Assembly (NCBI RefSeq): GCF_006345805.1
Contig: NC_043008.1
Coordinates: 35,712,001-35,776,000 of the forward strand
Reading direction: 5' to 3'
Origin: Octopus sinensis
Lineage: Eukaryota
DNA: 64,000 nucleotides
The position numbers were made by a program, and so were the translations under genes. Shown here in pieces: positions 37,105-50,059 of the stretch. Numbering within the stretch: the stretch's first letter is position 1; every line of letters starts with the position of its first letter. Under the pieces are notes generated by a model. The model did no database searches. It was given only the letters and a program-made list of their open reading frames with translations, and was not told the origin of the DNA.

Positions 37105-37660
37105 CCAGCTAACTCCAACCAAAAATATTTTTTTCCATTTTTATGTTCAAACCAACCAGATCCAGCCTGTCACACCTATCCCACAATGTCATTCTAAAAA
37201 AAACAATCACATCATCAAAGTTTCATAGCTACGAGATAATGTATAAGTAACAGAAAACAGTATGAATAAATAAAGATTACATTTTAAAGAAGTGAGGGTG
37301 CGTGGCTTAATGGTTAGGGCATTCAGCCCATGATCATAAGGTTGTGAGTTCGATTCTCAGTGATGCATTGTGTCCTTGAGCAAGACACTTTATTTCATGT
37401 TGCTTCAATCCACTCACCTGGCAAAAATGAGTAGTACCTGTATTTCAAAAAGGGCCAGCCTTGTCACACTCTGTGTCATGCTGAATCTCCTTGTGAACTA
37501 CATTAAGGGTACACATGTCTGTGGGATGCTCAGCCACTTGCACATTAATCTCACGAGCAAGCTATTCCGTTGATCATATCAGCTGGGACCCTCTTCGTCA
37601 TAACCGACGGAGTGTTCCTTCACATTTTTTCAAAGAGTAATCTGAATGCTATGGGGTTCA
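37105..37660. mobile_element. piggyBac-like MITE interrupted by a CORE-like SINE (37293-37620)
   Basis: Reverse complement of the 50060-50529 family. Resumes at caaagagtaatctgaatgcta after the SINE. Confidence 0.6.
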
Positions 37661-38214
37661 GTTGGGTGATGGGTTCAATTCACCAACCAAGAATTCAGAT
37701 GGCAAAGGCCCAAATGACTCTGCCAAAGAAAAACACAAAACATTCCTTTTGAAAACCTAAACAAAAATAAAGAAATATATATGATAATGTCCAACCCATG
37801 ACAGCAACAGAAAATGCACATTTAATGATGGTGATGATGATGACAATGATGATGATGATGACGATGACAACAACGATGACAATAACAATGATGATGATGA
37901 TGATGATGATGGATAAATATGTACATGATGAGAAATACAGAAACCCTGGAGACATTTCTCTCTCTCTTTCTCCATCTCTGTCTCTCACACACTCACATAC
38001 CATACTCTCTCTCCCTACATATACGAAGGGAGATTGCTTCAATATGTCATACAGATATAGGCACACAGTGACTGTAGTTAAGAAGTTCAATTCCCAAACT
38101 CTTTGAGCAAATATCTTCTACTGCATACTCAGGTCAACCAAAACCTTGTCCTTGAGTGGATCTGGTAGACAGCAACTGACAGAAGCCTACATAGATCGAT
38201 AGGCAGGGAGGGAG

Positions 38215-38271
<57 letters not shown>

Positions 38272-38829
38272 GACAGACAGATAGAGGTATATACTGTGTT
38301 TTACAGCAAATGTTAAATTTTTCAGACCCAAATTTACAGCCAAAAGTGGAAGGTCAACTTATACATGAAGACAACTTTGAAGGACCAAAATTTCCACATG
38401 AAAAGCAGCAGAATTTGGTAAAATAATAACAATATTTGAATTTTTGCACTACATGCCAAAAATACAGTATGAATATGTATGTATATGTATGTATGTGTTT
38501 GTGTGAATGAGTTTGTATTTTTTTTCTCATCTTACTGTGTGTTCACTAGTTGTAAACAACAACAGTGACATCTGCTTGCAATTCATAGCAAAAACATGTC
38601 TGGACTTCCAGACCTGTTGTGTAATCTTTGTCAAAAAGAAAAGGTTCATAGGCACAGGCATGACTGTCGGGTCAGAAGTTTGCTTCCCAGTCAAATGGTT
38701 CTGGGTTCAGTCCCACAGTGTCACACCTTGGGTCCATATCTTCTGCAACAGCCTCATTTAACTAACTGTGGACTGTTGCTGATTTTTTTACCCCTGTCTT
38801 CCTTTTCTCTTGGACTTTCTTCTGTCTCC

Positions 38830-38866
38830 TGTTTCTGAAGAAGAGCTTTGCTTGAAACATAAAACA
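38830..38866 (+). ncRNA. Decayed minimal hammerhead motif in a Penelope-like end (38750-38975)
   Basis: Stem I UGUUU/AAACA, CUGAAGA-A, stem II GAGC-uuu-GCUU, GAAAC-A-UA. The expected ACGU palindrome is altered to ACAU. Confidence 0.5.
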
Positions 38867-39134
38867 CCCTTTCTTTCCTTCCGTGAGCATCTTTTAATAC
38901 TTCGCAAGTGCCATATCCTCGCATTGTTGTTTTTTCTTGTTGTGTCTTTTCTTCTATATTTTTGGGATTAACTATATATATATATATGTATGTATACACA
39001 GGCATGTGTGTATGTGTTTATGTGCCCCACCGCCACTTGATAACTGGTATTTGTTTGTTTATGTCCCCATAACTTAGCAATTCAGCATAAGAAACTAATA
39101 CAAAAAAATAACACACTAAAAAAAATAATAAAAT

Positions 39135-39500
39135 GAAACAAGAGCACTCAGAGAGCGCAAACCTCCACTAAGGCAACACCAACATCTTCTCAACAATTAA
39201 TCAGAGATGAGTTTTAAAATGAGAATATCTGAAATAAACTTGACTGCTCTCACAAATGAGAATACTGAAAATGAACCTGACCGCTCTCAAAAATAAAAAA
39301 AAAATAACAGGAAAAAATAATCCAGAATCCTTCTCCAGAACTGGATCAATCCCAAAATCTAATCAGTTCATGCCAGTCATGAAGCCAAACATCCCTGAAA
39401 GTTTCATCTGAATCCATCCAGCGATTCTTGAGATATTTTGTTCACAGACAAACAAACAAACAAACACAACTGAAAACAATACCTCTGCCTTCACTAAGTC
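39135..39500 (+). mobile_element. Helentron/DINE-1-like non-autonomous element inserted in a Meta-like SINE
   Basis: aacaagagcactcagagagcgcaaacctcc... internal gatc/ccagaatc, (ACAA)n, ...aaaacaatacctctgcc. Family assignment from recall. Confidence 0.55.
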
Positions 39501-40525
39501 CTAGAGTTAATTTGTTCAACCAAACCCATCAAAGTGGTGCCCCAGCATAGCCACAGACAAATGATACAAGCTGAAGATACAAGCTATGCTAATCACTGTG
39601 TTATACATCATTCAATGGTTGAATTTTCCGAAAATGGTTTTGTCACTATGAGGAATAATACCAGGAAATGTTGTTACATCTGTAATTAATCAATGGTTAA
39701 ATAACAATTTTGTTATGGATAATTTATTGCAACTCAACAAATGAGAAATTTATTATATTTCATTTTATTTTTTAAAATATTTGTTTCATTGTTTTGTATA
39801 AACACCATGAAATTTGAAAAAAAAATGTAAAACTGTAATTATTATACAATTGACAAATTGCCTGATTCTACGCACAGTGGCAAAAATATTTTTCCAATAT
39901 TGGATAGGTAATACTCATGGGTGTGTGTGTATGTATATACATATGTGTATGTTTGTGTGTACATACATATACATCCATATATGTATACACACACACATAC
40001 ACACACACATTGATTCAACATTTACCTTTAATGGTTGCATGGGTCAGGAGGAATTTGTTGAGGCAGATTTTCTACTGCTGAATGCCTTTCCTGCCACCAA
40101 CCTTCACCTGTGTCCAAGCAAAGCAATATTTCCCCAATAACTCAACATGTTTTCATGAAATGCTGGGAACAGTCAACGCTACTTGCATGATGTCATTCAA
40201 TGTTCGTTTCACAACCAGCATGCAATATCAAGGCAAGGACACTCAAACACACCTACATATACTCTCTCTCACATGCACACATTTACATATATATATATAT
40301 AAACATGAGAGGTTTATTACACTGGTGATCTAAACGAATAGGTACGCTGTGTAAGTACAAGAATTGGTCATCCGTTAAGTTCCAAGTTCACAGCTGAGGC
40401 TGGAGCTAGGGATCTGTAGTAGGCTTCCAAGTTAGCAGATATATATAAGGACAACCAAATTCACCTTACTCTAATTAGATATTTTAAATGACTTGAAATA
40501 CTCATCCTGCCTTGGTTTGATGTCC

Positions 40526-40575
<50 letters not shown>

Positions 40576-41118
40576 TATGAGCTCCTTTCAGTTTCTGGCT
40601 AGAAGAAAAACATTTGTCCAAAGTGTCACACAGAGGGATTGAACTACAAACCATGCAGTGAAAAAGTGAACTTCTTAGACACACACCCAGTTCAGTCCCC
40701 CATGTGGAACTTTGGGTAAATATTTTTCTACTAAGGCTCCAGACAGGCCAAAATCGTGTGAGTGGTTTTGGTAGTAGCCAGACTAAAAGGAGCCCATATA
40801 TCATATATATATATAAAATGTGTGTGTATGTGTGTGAGTACATGTATGACTGAGATACCTGGTGCACTGCTGCACTCAAGAAGACCCATCTGCCACAACA
40901 GAATTGAACACCGATGCAGGTCCCACATAAAAAGTACCCACTACACTCTACAGAGTGGTTGGCATTAAGATGGGCATCCAGCTGTAGAAACCATGCCAGA
41001 ACAGACAATGGGGCCTGATGAGGCTGTGGTCTTACTAAATCCAGTCAAACCGTCCAACCCATTCCAATCTCAAAAATGGACATAAAATAATGAAGGGAAT
41101 ATATATATATACATAAAA

Positions 41119-41279
41119 ATGCAGGTGTGGCTGTGTGGTAAGAAGCTTGTTTCCCAACCACATGGTTTTAGGTTCAGTTCCACTGCATGCTACCTTGGAC
41201 AAGTGTCTTCTATTATAGCCTCAGGCTGACCAAAGCCTTGCAAGTGGACTTTGTAGAAGGAAACTGAAAGAAGCTCATC

Positions 41280-41336
<57 letters not shown>

Positions 41337-41575
41337 CATATATGTATATATTTATGTGTGTGTGTGTTTTGGTGTCTGTTTTTTTTTCCCACCACCAATT
41401 GACAACTGCTGTTAGTGTGTATACATACCCATAACCTAGTGGTCTGGCAAAAGGGATCAACAGAATAAGTGCAAGATTTTTTTTTAAAAGTACTGGAGTC
41501 GATTCATTTGACTAAAAATTTTTCAAGGTGGTGCCCCAGCCTGGCCACAGTCTAATGACTGAAACAAGTAAAAGA
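41119..41575 (+). mobile_element. Full-length Meta-like SINE
   Basis: Head, Meta-like domain, (TA)n and gactgaaacaagtaaaag tail. Confidence 0.85.
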
Positions 41576-42564
41576 TATCTACAGGTGCAAGTGGGGCTGT
41601 ATGGTTTGAGAGTTTGCTTGACAACCATGTGTTTTCAGGGTTGGTCCCACAACATAGCACCCAGGGTACATGACTTCTATTTTAGACATGGACCACTCAA
41701 TAACTTGCAAGGGAATTTGATAAATTTGGTGTATGGAAATTAAATGAAGCCCATTCTGTGTGTGTTCATGTGCATGTGTGGGGGGGAAGGGAAGAGAAAA
41801 GAGAGAGGCAGATAGTGAGGAGGAAAGTGAAGAATCTGCCAGTCAAATTAAAATAACAGAATGGATTAAAAGAGAATCTGAAGGGAAGGTAGAAAAATAG
41901 AAGAAAATCAATTGTGTCGGTGAGGCAATGATTCTAACAAGAAAAATCTAGCAACTGGAATGGTATTGATAGAGTAGGAAGGCTTCAATTTGCAGTATTT
42001 ACCATGCAGTTTATAAGATTATTTCAAAGACACTGGAATTGTTTGTTTGAAAAACCAGAAACAACTGCAAGATTAATGGAAGAGACGATGATTCTTGTCT
42101 CTATAAATGCTGACACTACCATTAATTAACTATGAACTTTGCGTAAGAATGCTTTTCATAATCTACAGCATTCTTCTTTGAAATATGAGATGGAACAAAC
42201 CAAAAATAGAAATAACAGTAATAATGAAAGAATAATATTCCATTGAAAATAGAAAACAAAAAAAATAAGATTCCACGTTTGGAGTAAGGAATGGTCTGCA
42301 GTTCAATAACAGCGAGTTCTAAGATCAAAATAAAAGTTGGGAAGAAAGGAAGTGAATGATGCAGTGAAAGAAACAGAAAGAAATTTGTAAAGAATATTGG
42401 TTTCTTTTTGACAAAACCCAACAGGAAGTTATGTGTCTTAAGAAGAAAGTGAATAGGAAGTTTCAAGTTCATGTCTTCTCAAAGAACGTTAGTGCCACTA
42501 GTGAAGAATTTACATTACTAAATAGCTGGAATCAAGCTATAGTTTAAACATGCCTATAGCTTAC

Positions 42565-42588
42565 CTGTTTCTCTATGACAATTATCAG
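42565..42588 (-). other. Candidate 24-nt microexon
   Basis: cttttttccccaccaaag|ctgataattgtcatagagaaacag|GTAAGC. Frame-preserving length. Confidence 0.2.
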
Positions 42589-43206
42589 CTTTGGTGGGGA
42601 AAAAAGTATTTTAAATAGGAAATCAAATATAAGAAATGGACTTCAAGTCATACATTAAATATATAACTAATTATATGATGTGTTTAACAATGGAGATGAA
42701 ATAAACAGAAATAAAACACGGATAGTTTAGTTTATTTATGTTTTACGGCATACATTTTGTAAACAAGGAGGTTGCTGGTTGAAGGTTTCCAAACAAAACC
42801 AATCACTGGGTCATTGCATTTATAAAGAAGAGGGAGATGGGGTGGAGTGGGTGGAGGTGGGTGACGGGGATGATATACAACTTGGTCAGAAGAAATACAT
42901 GCTTGAACATATATTTAGTAATATACAATGGCAAGAGATATACATGCACATACATAAATACATACATACATGTATATATGTATATATATATATATATATC
43001 ATCATCATCATCATCATCATCGTTTAACGTCCGTTCTCCATGCTAGCATGGGTTGGACGGTTCAACCGGGGATCTGGGAAGCCAGAAGGCTGCACCAGGC
43101 TCCGGTCTTATCTGGCAATGTTTCTACAGCTGGATGCCCTTCATAATGCCAACCACTCCGTGAGTGTAGTGGGTGCTTTTTACGTGCCACAAAATATAAC
43201 AAAATA

Positions 43207-43238
<32 letters not shown>

Positions 43239-43512
43239 AGCGAGAAAGAAGCAACAAGAATGGATAGGTTTTTAGTACAATCGTTTCATACAAGGACAGG
43301 CTTTATTAAAAGTTGCAAAAATTACAGCATATAAACGTGTCCCGTACTCATCAGCTAAAATACATGTGAGTTCTCTAGACATCCTAGTGGTTGAGGCTAT
43401 ACTCATGAAGTGATGTAGATAATTAAGTAACATAAACAGATTTCCAAAGTTCATTAAAGTTCTTTAAAGATGATGTACAGTCTTATCACAGACTTGTATA
43501 TATATATATATA

Positions 43513-45102
43513 CTAGCAGAGTTACCCGGCATTGCCTGAGTTACATACGATTGAAGAATTAGACTTTTCTGTTATATTTTCTGTAATGAACTGGAATACC
43601 GATGTTTCGAATTCCATCAAAATTGCAGATGAGGGTTATTTCCCTCTTTACACACCCAATCAAAATTGTAATCGTGCCACATGTATCCCATACTACTGAT
43701 TTTTATGCGCATATTCCAAAATTCCAATCTTATAGAACCTGTTAAAAGGATTTTGCTCCTGAAAAATGGAGGTCATGGAGCTCTAAAATGTGAGAGTTAA
43801 CACCCCTATTGGGGGTGGTCATCTTAATGTCAACCAGAGAAGTTGAATTGTTGAGAATCTTTGAAATAGGAAATATATGTTCACTGGGTTTGTAAAAGAG
43901 AGCAAAGCTACAGGAAACCAAAAGACGAATGATCACAATAAGCAGTCAGTTACAGTACTCTAGTCGTTACCACTCTCAATGTAGTATTCCTCACCATGCA
44001 GGTGACAGGCACAGCCATAAGATGCATTACGAATCTATAGCAATTGGAAGGGCGTGACCCAACTGAAATAAACATTAACAACTGTGTGTCATGAGGGCTA
44101 AGGAGAAATGAAAGTTGGAGTTTGCAAATGACCACTATACTGATACGTAACTGGACAGAATAAATATACAATCTATAAATGTCTTTGAATAACCAGTCAC
44201 TCATCTGGGAAGGCCTTAAAATCAATGTTACCATGTGGGGACAATGTGTGACCCAGTGATAATAAAAAGACTGAAAGGAGATCTGCAATCAAATAACTTT
44301 ACTCAACAATTTGCAACTGAATCAGTGGAGACAAAGATGCCTCTCATTTACTTAACAAGTTATGCAGCACATTGCAGAAATCACAATCTAAGTGTATATC
44401 AAAGCAAACTCTTACACTGTTGTACCATTGAATTACAAATAATGTTCATCTTCTATGCTCGGATGACCCCACAACCTCCAAGAGTACAACTATCCATCTT
44501 TGCTTAGATAAAATGACAAAATTGTGGGTGTTAAATCCCCATGAAGGGGTCTTTCTAACTTGTAAGAAGATGAAATTTTATAAATATTACTTCATTTGTA
44601 TCTAATATCTATGGTTAAAATTTCATCAACAGCAAAAATATATGAATAATCATGGGGGTTGTGGCCCTTATGCATAGAATATAATTTCCAAATTCCATAA
44701 AGATCCATTCAGTACTAGTATTAGGGTGTCTTAGAATCCTCATGTGAAGTGGAAACTTTGAGAATACTTCTTGATGTGTGTCAATTACCCCTAGTTGAAA
44801 TTTCATCAACATTGAAAATTTATGAATTTTCATGGGGGGTTCTGCCCCCTTTAAGCCATCTGAAATTCAAACCAAACATATTGCATTATACTCGTCCTTA
44901 TGCATTGAATCTAAGTTTCAAATACCATAAGGATCCATTCAGTAATTTTGCTCCATGAAATTGTATGAAACACACAGCATTACCCTTCTCTCTAGACTTC
45001 GATTTTGTATTCCAAATTTCCTTGTGATCGGTGAAGCAGTTTTCGAATGTATAAGTAATACACGAACACATAAAGACATTGTCTTTGATATAATAAATAT
45101 GA
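43513..45102 (-). mobile_element. Helitron-like element, about 1.6 kb
   Basis: 3' CTAG|T at 43513 with acccggcattgcctgagt subterminal hairpin, TC-atatttattata 5' end near 45102, internal aaatttcatcaa and gatccattcagta subrepeats. Confidence 0.6.
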
Positions 45103-45110
45103 ATGTACAC

Positions 45111-45140
<30 letters not shown>

Positions 45141-45149
<9 letters not shown>

Positions 45150-45720
45150 AAGATAAATTGATAGATACAACTGAGCGGGCAAACAAAAGTATGTGACACA
45201 GCGTAGTGCTTTTTTTATGTTGATAAGCCAGGTACTTCTTCTATTAGTTTCTTCTTGTGAAACCAGAAAGTTATGGGGATGTAAATAAACGAACAGCAGT
45301 TGTGAAGCAGTGATGAGGGTGAAACACAGAAACAAAGTCACACACATACACTTAAATATAAACGTACATATATATACGATTGATTTCTTTAAGTTTCTGT
45401 CTACAAAATCCATATATATATATATGTGTGTGTATGTGTGTGTATGTATGTATATACACACACACCACACACAAAGATAAATTGTGTGGGCAAATAAAAA
45501 TATGAGATACTGCCTAGTGGTTTTTTTTTATATTTTGATAAGCCTGGTACTTATTCTATCAGTTTCTTCTTGTGAAACCAGTAAGTTATGGGGATGTAAA
45601 TAAACGAATACCAGTTGTGAGGCAGGGATGAGGGAGAAACACAAAGACACACACACAGACTTACATATATACATACATATATATACGATTGATTTCTTTC
45701 AGTTCTGTCAACAAAATCCA
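45141..45720. repeat. Diverged tandem duplication (about 325-bp unit) containing a Meta-like SINE 3' half
   Basis: acacacacaaagataaattg ... gtttcttcttgtgaaaccag ... tacgattgatttcttt occurs twice. Confidence 0.75.
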
Positions 45721-46530
45721 CTGACAAAGCTTTGGTTAGTCTGAGGCTATAGCAGAAGACACATGCCAAGTCACCACATGGTGGGACTGAACCCAGGACC
45801 GTGTGTTTTGGAACGAAGTTGGTTACCACACAGCCACACCTGTACCTATGTATGTGTGTGTGTATGTGTGTATGGGTGTATATATGTATGCATGTATATA
45901 TGTGAATATATATGTGTACATATTACATGGACATCTATATATATATACATCTACACATATACATGTATACATATACATCTATATGTATAGAAATAAATGT
46001 ATACATATACAGCTATACACACATACACACACACACATACATAGGTGCAGGTGTGGCTATGTGATAAACTTCATTCCAAAACACATGGTCCTGGGTTTAA
46101 ATTTAAATTTAAAATAATAAAGGTGAGAAATTGAATATTAATTTGATTAATATGAATTGAAAACCAGTGGTGTAGCATATAAGACCATAGCGGATCTTCT
46201 TCTAGCAAAATGGATGTCCACTGTTAATGGTTCATCCCTCTTATATAATAGTTTGACTTTAATAGTTTCAGTATTAAAGTGAAAGTATCTGACATTACAA
46301 TAGAGAGATGTTTTTGTTTCACTTTTAACATAGTGGAGAAGATATCATATTGCTGTGGGGTCGCCCTAGGCAAGAAATTAGAAATCTTTTTGCCCATGAC
46401 ACTACATGGACCCTAAGTAAGGCATGTGTAAAATTTGAATGAAATTGGTTGTGTATGTTCTCAAGTTTTAGGGATTCACACAGACAGACAGACACACATT
46501 CTCAGTTTCATATACATAGATAGATATATA

Positions 46531-47782
46531 TTAGGTTGTCTCACATGAAATGTTGTATTTTAAATGGGTTTCTTATGAGTCATCAATAAATGAATTTTTA
46601 ATGAGTTTCTATGCATATGCTTGTGTTTACTCTTAACTCTCTTCTTTCTAGACAATTCTATTATTCAAAATTGCTACCTACAGCTCTTATGACAATGTTG
46701 ACAATTGAACAATACCAAGTGATTTTCTTGTACGAATACAAGTTGGGTCACTCTGCCACTGAAGCTCTACGAAACATCAAGTAACAATTCTGCTGACATC
46801 AGAACTGTTCAGAGATGGTTCTAAAGATTTCATTCAGGAAATGAAAGCCTTAAAAATGGACCAAGAAGGAGACAAAAATCAGTTATTTGGCATGATGAAT
46901 TGAATGCTTTAGTTAAACAAAATCTGAGGACAACGGTCCGAAAAATCAGATCAAAGCTCCAGACATCTTCCACAACTGCTTCTCGACATTTAAAGGAAAT
47001 TGGAAAAGTGAAAAAGATGGATAGGTTTGCTCCCCATCAACTTAATGAGATTCAAAGAAACAGACACCTTACAGTGTGTTCCATGTTGATTTCTCGGCTG
47101 GAAACAGAACCATTTTTGTATCGACTCATTACATGTGATGAGAAATGGATACTCTTTGATAACATCAGGAGGACAGGCCGGTGGTTAAATGCAGAAGAGT
47201 CACTAAAACACTACTCAAAACACTATTACACCCTGAAAAGTTGATGGTCACCATATGGTGGTCAGCAAAGGGGGTTATTCATTATTCATTTTTGCAACAA
47301 GGAAAAACTGTAACTGCAACATCCTATTGTCAGGAAATTGATTGTATGCACGTAAACTTAAAAAAAGAAGCAGCCCAGATTAGAGAATAGAGATGGCCCA
47401 ATTTTGCTTCATGATAATTCACAGCCTCACACTTCTCAAGCTACAGTCCACAAATTGCAAAGCCTGAATTATGAAATTTTGGCACATCTTCTTTATTCTC
47501 CTGATATCTTTCCTACTGATTATCACATATTTAAACACTTCAAGCTTGCTATACACAATAAAACATTCTTAAATAAAGAGGTAATTGAAGCATTCAAACA
47601 GTTTATCAATGTTAAAGATGATAAATTCTTTGAAGATGGAATATATGCCTTAGAGGAACATTAGATGAAAGTCATAAATGAACAAGGATCATATTTTGAT
47701 TAAATAAATAAATATTCTAAAACTTAAAAAGCAATTTTAATGCTTCCTTTTTCAAATGCAACATTTCATGTGAAACAACCTA
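46531..47782 (+). mobile_element. Full-length mariner (DD34D) transposon
   Basis: About 30-bp TIRs ttaggttgtctcacatgaaatgttgtattt / aaatgcaacatttcatgtgaaacaaccta, with TA on both sides. Confidence 0.95.
46689..47703 (+). pseudogene. mariner transposase, frameshifted with stops
   Basis: IFLYEYKLG, APHQL, TCDEKW, HDN...YSPDIFPTDYHIF. I counted 34 residues between the second and third catalytic Asp. Confidence 0.95.
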
Positions 47783-47784
47783 TA

Positions 47785-49040
47785 CACAGACATGACAGAA
47801 GTAAATAGACAGCCTTATAATCATTAAAATTTATTTAAATCTGAAATTATACATTCAAATTATATATTAATTATTATAATGTAAATATATAATATTTAGT
47901 AGACATGCCCTTTGCATTTTTCAATGCAAGGATCCTATAAGGCATGCTACTGATCAAATGATGAATATTCTCTTGGAGAATTTTTTACCAAGTTTCATGC
48001 AGTAATCTCAAAAGACCTGGCTTTGAGGATGCTTTCTTGTTCTTTTTATGAAGTGTCCTGTCCATTATGCCCCAGAGGTGTTCAGTAGGGTTCATATCTG
48101 GTGACTGGCTTGACCATGGAAGGTTTTTAATGCCATTCTTTTCCAACAAATCTTGGGTCTTTTTAGCCATGTGACAAGGAGCACCATCTTCCATAAATAA
48201 ATCATCCAGTTTAATCATTTCACCACTGGAGAAGAGTAGAAGGGGTCCTTCCTGCAATATGGACACATATTTATCTGAGTTTATGTTTTCATCACACCCC
48301 ATCAGCTCTGATTGACCATTGCTCCCCAGACCATCACAGAATACACAGAATACCTGCCTTGTTTCATTGTTGGCAGCAATTTTTTCATGTCAAATTCTTG
48401 ATCACAGAGTTTCCAGACCCATACTTAACCACTGTCAGAAGACACAGCAAATCTAGACTCATCTGAGAATATGATAGTGTCCTAAAATGGTTGTGGCCAC
48501 TCCATCATCTCACTGGCCCAATCTTTTCTCCACTTGATATTGGCTATTTGAAGAAGTGGCTTCCTTCTTGCTGCTCTGCCATAGTAACCAAGTTTGTAGA
48601 GATACCTGACAGCTGTTCTGAGACTGATATCAACTTGTTCTACTATCTTAGAGGCCTTGCAATTCTGATTATGCTCCACACATCCCTTTACAAAGCAAAT
48701 GGTCCTGTCAGAGAGTCCTGGTCAACTTGGACAAGGTAATGTGGACTCCTTCCCTTCTCTGATGAATTTCACAATCACCCTATTAACTGTAGGAAGCAGG
48801 ATCCCAAGGTTTTGTGCGATTTTACGCTGACTAAGCCCACCTTCAGATTGGCTCACAATACAGCCTCTTTGAAATTTGGACAGTTCCAATGCTTCTTTTG
48901 TACGTGGCATGATTAAACAGTCACATATAGAACCTGAAACATAAAAATGTCCATTAATAAAAAAAATAAACCTTTTCAAGTTAAAATAAATATAAAACAA
49001 TGTTTTATGGGGGTGTCTATGTACTTCAGTCATGTCTGTT
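47785..49040 (-). mobile_element. Full-length Tc1 (DD34E) transposon
   Basis: About 40-bp TIRs cagacatgacagaagtaaatagacagccttataatcatt versus cagacatgactgaagtacatagacacccccataaaacatt. Confidence 0.9.
47890..48910 (-). pseudogene. Tc1 transposase with stops and frameshifts
   Basis: MPRTKE...ARRKPLL...IFSDESRF...EDGAPCH...WSSQSPDMNPTEHLW. 34 residues between D and E. Confidence 0.95.
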
Positions 49041-49072
49041 TTTACATATATATATATATATATATATACAGA

Positions 49073-49111
<39 letters not shown>

Positions 49112-49179
49112 CCAGACAGACAGACAGGCAGACAGGCAGACAGGCAGACAGACAGACAGATAGATGGATAGATAGATAT

Positions 49180-49359
49180 AGTTGAAATTTATAGAAAAAC
49201 AAAGATGAAGACAGGTGTAGGAACAACGAAGTGTATTAGTTTGACGCTCAGGAAAAATGGAAAAGTCTTTTATGTTTCGAGCCTACGCTCTTCGACAGAA
49301 AGGAATAAGAGGAAATAAATAGAGAGGGAATGAAAAAACGTGTTGAGTTCAGTCGTCCA

Positions 49360-49360
<1 letters not shown>
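49180..49360 (-). mobile_element. Penelope-like end with hammerhead remnant (49266-49301); sister copy at 57990-58145
   Basis: cuuu-CUGUCGA-A-GAGC-guag-GCUC-GAAAC-aua-aaag. Both copies share the flank atatatagttgaaattta.agaaaaaca. Confidence 0.5.
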
Positions 49361-49391
<31 letters not shown>

Positions 49392-49599
49392 GCATACATC
49401 TATGTGAGAGAGAGAGGGAGACAAGCAGACAAACAGAGAGTGAGTGGCTGCTATGCAACCTGTCCATCCAAATATTTTCGACATTTCACCATCTAACAGT
49501 CCAGCTGTCTTTCTCATATTTGTATCCTTAATTGCTATATCTATTGTGCTAAGCTAAAACTAGATGGCTTGATTCTCAATCAGATCCATTTAGAGTAGA

Positions 49600-49634
<35 letters not shown>

Positions 49635-50059
49635 GCATTCTCCTCATTCAACAATCTTTCGTGATAACTTTAAATTGATGATGATGATGACAATGATAAT
49701 GTAGTTTCCAAAGACTGATCACCTGACAGTTAAACACATTGAGCGATCCTTCCACAAGTGTTTGATTGTTTTTATGCAATAATAATGGTAGTCGCTGAAG
49801 TCCAAGACCAAGAAAGGCAGTTTTACAATTTCTTGCTGACCAACCTGCACAAACGATTTGTGTATAGTGGTCAGATGCTTGAGTTGTACATGAGCATACT
49901 CCTGCTCCATCAAATCAACATCGCTTGGACAGGAGAATGGTGTTCCATGGCTCACAATCATGGCTCACAATCATGGATGCAACACCTTAATGATTAGTCC
50001 CCATACCCTCCCCTTTTTTTATGTATAACTACACCACACAAACAAACAAACATGTCATT

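Noticed and set aside
43333-43354. CTGATGAG on the minus strand as a hammerhead core
   Set aside because: No GAAA after the putative stem II.
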